Shown piece after piece: positions 13,198 to 25,752 of a stretch of 64,000 nucleotides of DNA (position 1 is its first letter; each line of letters opens with the position of its first letter). Source of the stretch: Vermamoeba vermiformis. Taxonomy: Eukaryota. The stretch spans positions 558,001-622,000 of the forward strand of contig JBEWZL010000011.1 in the NCBI GenBank assembly GCA_045837725.1. Reading direction: 5' to 3'. The notes under the pieces were generated by a model that saw only the letters and a program-made list of their open reading frames with translations, did not search any database and was not told the origin of the DNA. Both the position numbers and the translations under genes were made by a program.

Positions 13198-16100
13198 ATG
13201 GAGTCAACAAGGCAGTTACAAAATGTCAACTAGATTAGAGCGAGAATATTTAGAGGCTAATAGTATCGAGGAGCTGAATCATGCTTTGCTAGTCAGTGCC
13301 GCTACACAGGGTGACATGCACTCAGTTAGAGAATTGGTTGAAGTGAAGCAAACTGACGTAAATTATATTAACGAGGTATGCTGGGAATATACTCGCGGCT
13401 AGTTCTTTCGCAGTAATCGAAATTGAAAATTTTTTAATTTAATTATTAAAAATTAGAATAATAGAGGCTAGTGTTTGACGGTTTCAAACCTTTATGGCCC
13501 GACCATTTTCGTTGTTAATAATTTAAAATAATAATGTTAATTGCATATTCAGGCTACACGCAAGTTCTACGCCCGTCAAGCAGGCACAGTACTCCTCGCA
13601 GCCTGTGAATCTAATCGCACTGAAGTTGCATTGTATTTGCTAAATAAGGAAGCCGATCCATCGATTAGTGGCCGATTGCCTTATACAGGAATGACAGCTT
13701 TGCACTTCATTGCCTTTTATGGAAATGTAGCTGTACTGCACGAAGTCGTTAAGAGCCTCAGAGCCAAGCACGGAAATGAAACTTTGCGCGAATGTTTGAC
13801 AGCACGTGACAGAGGTGGATTGTGGCCCATTCATTGGGCTGCGTGGTCGTGGCAGGTCGAGGTATGACACGTGTCAAACTGAGACCTTTGTTAACCAGTT
13901 ACAGGTCCTTGAAGAATTACTTAATTTGGGCATTGAGATCGGCGAGAATTGGACTAATGTGGCAAGTGTCCTCAAGAGCAGTTACCAAGGAGTACGCGGT
14001 TTGACACCTGTCCACATGTCATTCATGTGCCAACGCGCCAAGTCTCTATTAGACAATCTGTCCGCTGATTACAAGCACTTCTTGACAGACCAGGTGTCAA
14101 ACACTGACCTCGACGAGCATCGATTGGCTAAGGTCACTGCGCTATTTTTAGATCGCGGCGGTGATTTCATGAAGCGCGATGGTCGATTGATCACGCCACT
14201 GCATTATTTAGCGCTCGGTACGTGACTCATCTCGGCTTTGAGCGATCAGCACAGCAGTGCTAATTTCCTAATATAGAAGGTGAAGTGTGGATGATCGATA
14301 CAGTGCTGAACACTTACCTAAAATGGAAAGGCGTTGCATTCGACGACGCAGAGCAGTTGAAAGAGGTCTGCGAAGAGCTGTGGCAGTCACGTGACATTTA
14401 CACGCAGAACATCTTTGACATCAGCTACGAGCGAGGAAATTTCGAGGAAAGTCACGTGATTCAACGGCTAGTCAAGGCGTGGATGGGCCTGTCACTCACT
14501 GACACTTTGAAGCGTGTCAAATTCGATGCTTTTGCGCGACTGAGGAGTGAAAATAGCACGGTGCAGCAAGGTAAGTCAATCTTTACTAAAAAAGGAAAGC
14601 TCATTAGATCGGAGCAACGCCTCAATCCTGTTTTCGGTGAGAAATTTCATTCTGTGACGTGTTGATTTTTCTGTACACGTGTCATTTGAAGATTTTGTTT
14701 GCCTCTGTCTCTTTAAATATTTATTTATATTAATACCACCATAACACCACGGAGATCAGACTATTTTACCTAATTTGGTAAATGCTGAAGTTAGTTTTAT
14801 CGTCGATTATTCTTTTTTTAATAATCGCTGTTGATCACACGGTTGCTACCGAAGTAAGAAAATAACAATTAATTAATTATGGCATAAATATTGAGGTTAA
14901 TTTCCAAAATAAGACCAAAAGACCAGCTCTTCACGACGCGATTGCGAAAGAAGACTTGGATCTGCTTCGCCAACTCCTGTCAGCACCCGATGTCGATGTT
15001 AATATTAGAGACCATCAAAAGGCTTCTCCACTGCACTTTGCCGCGCTAACAGGCCTCAAATACGTGCAATTACTGCTGGATCAGCCGTCAATCGACGTCA
15101 ACGCCAGAGACAAGCACAATTTGAGGCCGCTGCATTACGCCATGCTTAAAAAAAAGCCTTTTGCCAAGAAAGTAGTCACCGCACTGCTGGACCACGGAGC
15201 AGATATTGAGGCTGTTGGATCCGATCAAAAAGTCACTCCGCTGCATCTGGCTGTGATGGAAGGCAATATGCCACTCGTTCAAATACTATTGGACAGAGAC
15301 GCAAATGTCAATGCTCCGAGTGTGTCGGGCAAGACTGCGCTCCACTCTGCGGTGACGTCAAAGAACCCGGATCTAGTGCACGCATTGCTCAAGTCAAACT
15401 CGTTCAAATTTGCCGATTATCCGCAGCACCACGACTTGCTGGCCAATGCACTGCCCATGCCCGCGGTGTTGCGCACTCTACTGCACTTCGGATTTGACGC
15501 CAAAGCACGTGACACCGAATTCAATTCGACACTGCTGCACTTAGCTGCCACGCTTGGCTCACTCGAAGTACGTTCATGAGCAGTATTAGTGTATATAGGG
15601 AGACATACTAAACTGCGCAGAGTGTCAAAGTGTTGTTGGAGTTCAATGCGGACATCAATGCGCGCGATGGGTGGCTCAAAACACCGCTGCACTTTGCCGT
15701 GTACAACAAACACAATCACATTGCGCGGTACTTGTTGGACCACGGCGCCGAGCCTCAGCTGCCAGATGACGCGGGCATCACTCCTTATCACGAGGCTGTG
15801 CAGGCAGACAACAAGGAGATGATTGAATTGTTGCAATCATTGAGCAGTGATGATGATGAGAAGATTGAGTTGTGAACACGTGACACGATTAGGGACTGGC
15901 TCCAATAAATACTATTTTTGGCATCACTTATTCACAGACAAAATAGGCACTCAGACTAATATATTTGCTTGCAGAACGGCTTGAAGAGTTGACGAAGAAC
16001 TGTGCCTGTGCCCTGACCGAGTGTGCTGACTGTCACGCGACTATTAAGAGCTGTGTCAAGGAGGCAAGCGGAATTATTCTCTAATGCGTAAGTGCCGCAC

Positions 16101-16486
16101 TGACATTTCCTAATTAGGACCATCACGACGTGTGTTTGAAGAGCACGTGCTTTGCGTGTCCCAGTCGCGCTTATGGCTGCAAAGAAGTGTTCAAGACTGT
16201 CACTGACATTGCAACACATCTGCAAACGAGTTGTCAGGCCTCACGTGTCACGTGCATGTGTCAGCGTGACATGTTTGCACACGAGTACAGCGCACACTAT
16301 TTCACTGAACACGTGCAGCCCAAGTCACGAATGAGCGTGATGCACGCGATGACAGATGTCACGTCACTAGCGGACTATGACATGTTGTGCCCGGCCTGTC
16401 GCATGATCATTCCTGTCAGCAAACGCGAGCAGCACGTGTGTGCCGTGACAGCAGTGGTGGCGATAGATCCCATCGATATTGTGTGA
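13198..16486 (+). CDS. Ankyrin-repeat protein with C-terminal TRAF-type/C2H2-like zinc fingers; proposed ~1.4 kb intron 14571-15974
   Basis: Ankyrin repeats (GMTALHFIA, GLWPIHWAA, LITPLHYLA); a phase-1 donor at 14571 matches a phase-1 acceptor ending at 15974, giving VQQ-E-RLEELTKNCAC...CADC..., then CPSRAYGC...HLQTSC. Confidence 0.65.
14782..15875 (+). CDS. Signal-peptide ankyrin-repeat protein ending in KIEL (putative ER-luminal), nested in an intron of the previous gene
   Basis: MLKLVLSSIILFLIIAVDHTVATE from ATG 14782; about 8 ankyrin repeats (SPLHFAA, TPLHLAV, TALHSAV, TPLHFAV); C-terminus DDDEKIEL*; AATAAA at ~15904. Confidence 0.75.
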
Positions 16487-16597
16487 ATAGGAGTCATATT
16501 TAATATCTGTATTGTAAATAGCTGTGTACAGTGTAAAATCAGATCAGAGTTACAACAAAGATGTGTTTGAGCTTTATTATTCACATGAATGAGCACC

Positions 16598-19500
16598 TTA
16601 CAAGGGCTTGATCTTGCGCGTAATAGGCGCAATAACAACACCAGCCTTCGTCTTGACTTTGGGCTCGACCATCTTCTTGAAGGTCTCTTGCGGGTTCCAT
16701 TCTTTGCCGATCGGATGTCGCATGGCCTTCTCGTAGACATCACGTGACTGGTACGGGAAGGGTTGTTGCGCCACTTGGTACTTGACTGTCTTCTTGTCTT
16801 GACGGCCACTGATGATCACGTGCTTCAAGTTCTTGTCCACGCGCTGATCACGTGCTTTTTCTTCTTCAGCATCACGTGTCGCGAGCAAGTTCTTTTGACG
16901 GCGCGTCATCTTCTTCTTCGACTCGTCAATGCCAGCACCAGACCAGCTGCCCCAGCCCGGCATGAATTCTATTTTTAGACTCTCGTCCTTGACGTGGTCG
17001 GGCAGTTCTTCCCTAATTTGGGCTTCTTTCTCCTTGTAGAACTCTGTTTCAACATCGTCGGTCTCAAAGGCGCGCGAAATTAATTCTTGTTGGCGCTTGT
17101 CACGTGACGCGAGCAAGTTCTCGGGCTCGTTGTTCTCGTCGAATGAATTGGTCTCGGCCTCTTCGTCGCTGTCCAGGGCTATTTTAGTCATCTTTTTCTT
17201 GTTTGGTTTCTTCTTTTTCTTCTTGGTCTCGCCCTCCACTGCCTCAGTGCCCGCGACAGCATTGATCGCTTCACTGATTTGCAGCTTGTTCTCTTTCTTG
17301 CTGCTATTTTTAGACTTGACAGGCGTGTCATCGTCGTTCTTCTGACTGATCCAAGGGTTTGACACGTCTGAGGTGCGCTTGGTGTTTTTGGACTTGGTGG
17401 CACTGCCTGATTTGGCATTGCTGTTCAGTGAAATTATTCCGTCGTCCTCATCCATGGCTGCAAATGGTTCAGCCTCTTCATCGCCATCGAGCACTGGTGC
17501 CACGCCCTTGCTGAGCTTGTCGGCATTGACTTTGACGCGCACTGATCGCTCGTCCACTGGCTCGGATTGGACGGTGCTATTTTTAGCCTCAGTCTTGTTC
17601 TTGCCTGATTTGGCAGGTGCTGGCAGTGGTGACTTGGAGTTGACATTGAACAAGTGCTCGCGCTTCTTGTCCTTGGCCGAGGAGCTATTTTTAGACGGAT
17701 CAAACTCCGAAGTGAAAGCACTGCCGAGCATGACGTCGTGTGTTTGATGCGAGTCACCGATCAAATCGACCTCGGCACCCTCAACGTGATCACGTGACTG
17801 ATCGGCACCGCGTGGTCGAGTGAAGCCTCGTCGTCCTTGAATGGCACTCTCATTGACCTCTGACTCGGAGTCATCGGAGTCCTCCGCAACTCTATTTTTA
17901 GGCACGTCTTCATCGCTGTCTGCTGGCAACTCGTCATCCTCGCCGTGCAGTTCACGTGCCTTGGCGTCTAATTTCCTTTTATGGGTGCGTTCTTCATCGC
18001 GAATCTGTCGGATCAAGTCACGTGCCTCGTCAGCCTGACGCTCAGCACCGCGCTGCATGAATCGCATGGCCATCAGACCAGTGGGCGCGGTCTTGTTGTG
18101 CTGGGCAATCTCCTGTTCAATCTGCGCCACCTCCTCGTCACTCGCGTCACCCTGCTCGAAGCTGTCGCCGGCACTGCTGCCATCACTGTCACTGCCCTGC
18201 TCGCCACGGATCTTCTTTTTGAGCTCTTGGCCCAGTCTGTAGTGCTCTTCGAGGTCCTTTTTCATGAGTGGATTTTGACTGTGACGCGCGTGTTGGGCCC
18301 ATTTGCTGGCCTGTTTGTGCTTCAGTGTCACGCGTTCCAGGGCGCGTTGTCGATCGAGCTTCTCTTCCTCTTCAGCCGCTGCTTCGGGGTCTAACTCGCG
18401 CATCTCTTCGAGTGTCATTTGTTTGCGCTCTTTGGCCTTCTTCAAAATCTTGCGGTACTTCTTGCTCTTAATGCGCGCCAATCGCTTCAGTTTCTTTTCT
18501 TGGAAAAACATGGCCGATCGCATCTTGGCGAGCTCAGCTTGACGTGCTTTGATCTGCTCGAGGTCCACTGGGCGGTGGTGCAAGTCGTTGTCGCTGTCTT
18601 CGTCCGAGCCAATCATTGCATCTCCCGCCATCTCGCTGGGCTCGCGCAAACTCTCAGCCATGATGGCACGCACCTCTTCTTCGAGATCGATCGATCCAGT
18701 ATCGTCTTTGTTGCCTTTTTTGGCATCTTCAGTCATCACACGCTTGGCGGTGGCGAGTGCGGAGTTGTTGACGAGGGCAGTCAAGTTGTGCGAGTGGCGG
18801 TGCAGGATGGCTTTTGACACGCCCACGCCGTCGAATGTGCCGTCACTCTTGGTGAAGTCCAAGCTCGGGGCACGGCGCAGCGACTGCACGGTGCTGGTCC
18901 ACTCGTCCAACTGGCCCTTCACCACGTCAAAGGCCACTTCGCGCTGCACTCGACTGCGCGCCACGTTGTTTGCAGGTGGGGCAGTGACACGTGTCACTTG
19001 CGAGGTGTCAGCGCGTTGCAGTTGTTGCGACACTTCACGCATGCGCGCATACACGCCACCAGCACCTTTGGGCTCGAGTGCGCGGACCAGGTGACTGAGC
19101 GACAGCTGATCACGTGACTGGTTGTCGGAGATCTCCGCGCCCTGGAGATTGAACTCGCCCTCGCTGCGTGCAGAGGTCTGTTCATGAACCACACGACGCT
19201 TCTTCTTGGAGGGTTCGGATGTGCCTGTCACCGCTTTGAGCAGCGAGGCGTGTTTGACGTCATCTACATCCTCGTCCATATCATCATCCTCATCATCGTC
19301 ATCATCTTCATTCTCGTCGTCTTCGTCTTCGTCGTCATTAAATAATTCATCAATTTTTCGCTTTTTAGATGCGCTCTGTTGTTTGTTATTGCTCGGTGCA
19401 GGTTCGTCGTGGTTCATATCGAGCATATCGGAAAGGTTAATATAGCCTTCACCATCATCATCTTCGTCGTCAAAGTCTTCTTCCTCGTCATAATTTTCCT

Positions 19501-19934
19501 CATCAGATTCGGATTGTGCGATCTGCCATAAAATAACGATCGTTAAGCGTTGCGATTAATTGCATAAATATTTATCTTTTCAAAACAATACAATGATGCT
19601 TTAAAATTTGAAATCCGATCGGATCGCGTTAAGAAAAAGAGATTTGTAACTGAAAATTATGCAATCGTAAATATCGAGCTTATAATGCTTTGTTTGAATA
19701 TTTAATAGAGTATAACCTCAACAATAAATTGCTTACCTGAGCAGATTTCTTCTTTTTGTCAAACAGATCGCCGTACTTCTTGTAATCCTCTTCATTGAAT
19801 GCCTCGTCAGAATCAATTTCTTCGTCGTCATCTGCAGCTTCATATTTAGTTTGGCGCTTAGGCACCCACTTCTTGTCTTGACGTTGAGGGATTTGCTTCC
19901 CTTTCTTGGATCCACCCGATCGTCGATTCATCAT
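16598..19934 (-). CDS. UTP14: U3 snoRNA-associated protein 14
   Basis: EEIDSDEAF, KRLARIKSKKYRKI, ERVTLKHKQASKWA, MPGWGSWSGAG, PFPYQSRDVYEKAMRHPIGKEWN; one intron ~19524-19736. Confidence 0.95.
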
Positions 19935-20201
19935 TATACTTTTGATGAAGCGATCTTGTGTATGATACAAATAATATGATAAAAAAATATTGTTGAAAAA
20001 TTGTTCGTTTATTTTCACGTGGAAAATTTGGATCGCGATCTGACGTTCAGTATTGGCACTGAGTGGTGAGATATTGGCGAGGTTTATTGACAACAATATA
20101 ACGGTACATAATATACAATCATATTGGATATTTACAGGTGAAGTAGTGACACATTATCTACAAGAGGAGCGACATCCAGATTCAGCTTTCCGTTCACTGA
20201 A

Positions 20202-21971
20202 CTAGGACTTGAACAGCGTGACCGAGGCAATGTAATCATTCTCCATCACTTCAAATATAATGTCCTTATATGGATAGTACTTGAGCGTGCCGTACGGACT
20301 GCCTTCAGTTTCAATGAAAATCAGGGGCTGTTCTGGTGCGGGACCGAAGAACTGTTTCACTTCAGACCTGCAAATATTTCCTAATTTAGTAATTGTATCG
20401 AGACAGGGGCGTAAATAGATCGTACCACTTCATGTCCGGATTGAGTGTGTTGACAGACTTCTCGAGATCCAGCTCCTCTTCTTGCTGATTGGCGGGTTCT
20501 TGTTCAGGATCACGTGCCTCTTTTTCTCCGAGATAATTCTCCGGCACAATCACACGGTAATTGCACCGCGCGTACTGATTGAAGTGCGGGTCAGTCGGAT
20601 AATTCGTGTGCAGCACAAACTTCTTGATCACGTGCTCCTCGCCGTCAAACAGAATGTCAAAGCCGAGCCTGAAGTAGTTGTAGAAATAATCGTCGTTCAA
20701 CAGTCGCTCTTCAATCACGCGACCGCGGCCTGGCACGGGCACTGCCACTGGACGGTGAATGCGCATGGGGTCGTGCAGCTTGTAGAAGATCTGATCGGGC
20801 GGACCGAGTGCCACCAACACGTCTTGCGGTGACGAGCCGAATGTCAGCGTGCGCGCGGGGACAGCTCCGAGCGAGTTATTTTTAGAGTCGCTGTCACTGC
20901 TGTCCTCGGACCCTCCTCCGAGACTGTTGCCGAGGCCACCAGCGCGCTGCAGCCACATGCCCTGGGAGGGAATGACCCACACTTCCCAGAGCGAGAGCAC
21001 GCTAGTGACAGGTGCCAATTCTTTTGACATTTGCAACTCTTTTTTCTCGTCGTCCTCTTTGCGCTGTTGAAAACTGCTCACGTACACGGCACCGACCTTG
21101 ACGTCGTCGAACACGGGCATTTCTGATTGGTGCAATTAGTTCACTGAAACAGAGTTATTGTTCACTGAACGCGAGACTTACTGCCGTTTTTGACCTCTTC
21201 AGACTGACGTCGTGCCTCGGGGATTGGGAATGTGAAACAAATGCCCTGGTAGAGCGTCAGTGACTAATTAGGCAATCAGAAGCACGTGATCACACTTACA
21301 GGGAACGAGAGCTTGAAGAGTGTCTGCTGCTGGTCATAAGTGCCGGGGATCGAGGGACCGAACACCTTGCTGATCTGATAGACTGACGGCTGGGCCCACG
21401 CACTGTGCTGGATGTGAGTGCTGTCATAGGGCTAGAATGAATAGGACTCACCTGCTCAGTGTTTGACCGCTGTACCAGAGCTCCACGCGCTTCAAGTCGT
21501 ATAGTCGTACGATCTCTAGTCTCTGACTGCGCGCATCAAAGCGTAATTCAATGCCATTCGTGACCAGATCGATGATCAGGCCTGTAGCTAGCGGATCCTG
21601 CCTGGGTATTAGAAATGCGAGGGATAATTTATTCATGCAATATGCAATTATATTACGTAATTAGTCTTGAATTATATCGAATTACTCATTTTTTACAGCC
21701 AAATTTCCAGCTTACCTTTTCGTTGTATTTAAAATCAGCTTTTAAAAATATGTGACTATTTTCTCTGATTTGTGCGATCACTTCTGATATTGATGAGCCT
21801 ATAATAGTGCATAATTAAGGAATATTGTCAATTTAGAAATAATAATTATTTTGTAATTTGCAAATAAAGACTCTTGTTATAATAACGATAATTACCTATA
21901 ATAAATGGTCCTACAATTCCATATAGTGGTTTAATCTCTAATCGAAGTGGCTGTCCTTTGTTGCGATCCAT
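20202..21971 (-). CDS. PHAF1: UPF0183 / phagosome assembly factor 1 (C16orf70) family protein
   Basis: GIELRFDARSQRL, FGSSPQDVLVALGPP, DYFYNYFRLGFDILFD...KKFVLHTNYP. Confidence 0.88.
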
Positions 21972-22137
21972 CTTCGTAGATGACTAGTTTGTACTCGATA
22001 TCGAATTATTAAATAGCGTGCACAGAGATCTAATTGCGTGTATGCACTGTCACTAGTTGTGTTGTTATATACAAAATTAAGTTAGATTCCGCTGTCTCAG
22101 AATTGTCAACAAAACAGCTAGCCCTGGAATAGTTGGT

Positions 22138-23248
22138 TTATTGCTTGCCAAACACTTCCAATTCAGTCACTTGGAAGTTATAATCTCCAGCAAAGAGGGT
22201 TTTTCCCTTTCCGGTAGTGTCTGTGTAGCTGTGTGGAAAGTTTGAAGAGGAGTTGCTATTGGTGTTGGCGTTGCTAGCAATATGCAAATCATGTCCGCCT
22301 CCGAAAGTAGGTCCATATGCTTGGCTGCAACACGCAGCACTATTGTGATCCGAAACGTCGAATTTAGTCGGACCAATGCCGTGCTGATTGACCAGTGTGA
22401 ACAGCGAGGCCTTAGTGCAGTGAAAGTAGTTCTCACTCCCGGGAGGCCACGACGTTCCTATATGTCCCCCAAAGATGTTGTTGCCTGACTTGACTACAGT
22501 CACTGTCTCTCCCTTGTTGTCGCACTTTGCGTGGAAGTCACTGCCTCGCCAGCCATCACGTGATGCTTTGTACAACAGCTTCCAACCAGGGCCGTACCAC
22601 TGGGTGAGCTGAGTGATTTGCTGCGCGTTCAATATCGAGCCTCCTTCGAAATTTTTAGGTCTAGTGTTGACACCCTCTTTCTTCAGCGCAGCTAACGTGG
22701 CATTGATCTCATCGACACGCGGTTGCAGCTCCGCCAAGCGCGACTTCTCGCTCAATGTTTTGGATTCGAGCTCGCCGAGTCCAGTTTGAATGACCTCGAA
22801 GTTGTGGAGGTATTTGGCCAACTCACTCTTAGCCTTGGCGTTGTTCTTATCCAAGAGCTCGAATTTATCTGTTATGGCTTGCAATTCGTTATTCAGACGC
22901 TTCAGATCGGCCCAAGTTGTACACTTCCAGTTTGGCTTGTCGTTGAAGACGTCCCATACATCTGTACGTAGAGTGCCTTTGATTTCGAACTCTTGAATGA
23001 GACTTTCCACTGTTAAATATGAAAGAATTAAATTTATTCCTCGGATTCAATTTAGTTTAATGCTTTAATTCCTGGTACTTACCTTTGACCGTCCTACATA
23101 CTTCCTCCAATACAAAGTCATCATCTACGGCCTGTTTTGGCTTGTAAAAGTACTCGTACAGGAGCACTTCGGAGAGGCTTTCAACACGAGCAATAATTTC
23201 TTCGTTAGTTACGTGAATGGCACGTATCTTTAGCAATAAATCCTCCAT
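22138..23248 (-). CDS. TLDc-domain protein with N-terminal coiled coil
   Basis: WKLLYKASRDG...FHAKCDNKGETVTVV...IFGG...YGPTFGGGHDL...ELEVF. Confidence 0.88.
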
Positions 23249-23640
23249 CGTGAATAGTTTGTTAAGTGTTAACTGGCTGAACTTCTGTCAGATCAATTTG
23301 ACGTCCCAATTTTATTAAATTTAGCAAGGCCAAAAATTTCGGAAAGTGTTAATGTATCTGTTATTATTATCAACAGTTACCATTGTCCAATAAGAAATTA
23401 TCCAGTATATCGGCGTTCTGGGGTGTTAATGCGTTAGCATCCGTTGAAAGGTAGGCAAAAAAAATGCTTAAAAATTCCAAATAATTTATTTTGGAAGTAT
23501 CTACATACAATAATATTTTTAGTGTTATTTTGATCGTTTTTCATGCACGAGATTTTTGTCACTTTTGGTTTTAAGCATCCACTAATATTTATACTAGTCG
23601 ACGGGCATTATCACTCAAGAATTAAAAACAAATATAAACC

Positions 23641-25489
23641 ATGGAAACGAAATTAACCAAAAAGGATATCGATGCAATTTTGAAAAGAAATCAGATCGAA
23701 GACAATTTATTGCCGGTGGTGCATCAGTATTGCTCACCGCAGCTCAATATAGCCGAATATGATTTTTTAAAATCACACACCGAATTATTGGTAAGTCCTT
23801 ATTAATTTTGAGGGAACTCTTCCATCCGTCATTTGGCGCCAATTGTTTAATCAAACTGAATGCTATATTCAGCCATTAATACGCGTACACTACTGACCTA
23901 TTCCACAGATCCCTGCGCTGATCGAAGCGCTAATTATAGTCGCCATCACAGCGAACAATCGCGGTGACGAGACAATGGCCTATTTTTATCACCGCAAGGC
24001 GGAATTACTCCGTCACGTGACGTGGTGGGGCCAGAAGAATCCCGAACAGTTCTTCGACATCTTGCACCGCACGCGCAGTCCAGCAGCGGTGTACAACACT
24101 GCGCACGTGTCCGCTGCCGCACGCCACGGTGCCGATCACGTGCTGGAACAAGACGACACGGTGATGATTGACAGCGAGATTGTGCCCGACGAACTCACAC
24201 CCGAGCACGTGACCGATCCCATTCTCCGCCCAGTCCTGCAGTCACGTGATGCCAGTTACCGCGACTACTACGACGCAGTGATGGGTCAGCGCGGCGAGGA
24301 CGAGGAGAGCGAGGCCCGTGAGAGCTTCTTTGTCAGCGTGGGACCCCCGCCCCAGTGCGACGAGGACTACTTCGACAGACTGGCGCAGCAGTACTTTGAG
24401 GGCGACAATTTGTTCCGCAACATTCTGCTGCAGTCACGTGTCAAAAGCGAGGCTAAAAATAGCGCGGGCAGTGCTGTCATCAGCGAGGAAGAGAAGGTCA
24501 AAGCGCAGATGAAAGCGGAGTGGCTATTCCTAATTAGGAAATACTTCGACAAGGACGAGATCGAAGTCGTTGGTGGCACAGTGACACTGCGCGATGACGA
24601 GCACGTGACTGAACACGAAGAACGCGAGCGACAGCAGAAACGACGCGTGTCAATCGTGTCACAACAAGCGCACAACAGACGTCAACTGATCGAAGACTTT
24701 GTGCACAATCGACACGAGGGCATGAAGCTGTTCTTGAACTGGCTCGAGTCCATGACACCTGTCACGCGTCACGAACTGTTCGAGCACGTGCGCGACGAGG
24801 TGTTGAATACCATATTTGGCAATATCCCCGAGAGTCTCAATCTGCACTTCGATTATTATCTGCACCGCGACGAGATCGTGCACTGCTGTCCCGAGCTGTT
24901 GGACCTTGCCAAATTAGGCAATGACGACTGCGCGGTGCTGTTCGACACGATGATCAAGATCAGTCTCGGCAAAGAGAACTTGTTTTCGTCGACCTTCGAG
25001 CAAGAGACGCTCAAAGTCACGCAGCGGCACTACGCCAAGCTGATGCACGAGGTGTTCAATGCTGTCACCGCGCGTGCGGCTATTAATAGCTCTGCTGTCA
25101 ACAACAACGTCAATCAGAACAACGGCGAGAACGGCGCGGAGACACCTGTCAATTGGGCACTCACACCGCAAGACGATGTACAAATATGGAATTGGCTCGA
25201 AAAGGCTAAAAATAGATCGTTCCCGTCGATCAGCGCGCACATCTACCTCTCATGGGAACGAGACACTTTCCTAATTAGGAAATTCGCTAGTGAAGACCCG
25301 CGACTGCTCCAAGCCATTGCACAACGTCGCGGAACATTGCAAGACTATGAACTGCCGTATTTGTTGTTCAGATCTCGCGCGCTACAATTACTGGTGCTGC
25401 AGCTGATCCACATCTGTCTCAACGAGTGTTTGAATCATCGCGACACTCTCAATGGCAAGAAAAGGAAGCGAAAGGTCGCTAGTTCATAA
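23641..25489 (+). CDS. Uncharacterized protein with C-terminal basic NLS-like tail
   Basis: ATG at 23641, intron ~23791-23909, 504-codon ORF, ends KKRKRKVASS*; no family recognised. Confidence 0.7.
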
Positions 25490-25752
25490 CAATGACTGAA
25501 CAGCGCTCAAAAAAACAAGTTTGTAACGGCAAGCAGATCTGATGCCAGTACAACTAGTCCTTGTGTTGTGCACGGAGCAGCTTGTTGCATGTAAAATAGT
25601 AAATAATGTTTAAAAGTCATTCGATGCTATTCTGCCGCAAGACTAACTGAGCACATCTTGCTTGACGGCGAATTTTCATCGGCTAGGTAAAAGGTGACAT
25701 CCCAAAGTTTTGATAAATTAATTGTAATTATTGTAGATAAGACCACACTAGC

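Noticed and set aside
13198-15875. Single long ankyrin gene joining both ankyrin ORFs
   Set aside because: The 14571 donor is phase 1 while the nearby acceptors (14895, 14913) join the downstream ORF only in phase 0; the downstream ORF has its own ATG and signal peptide
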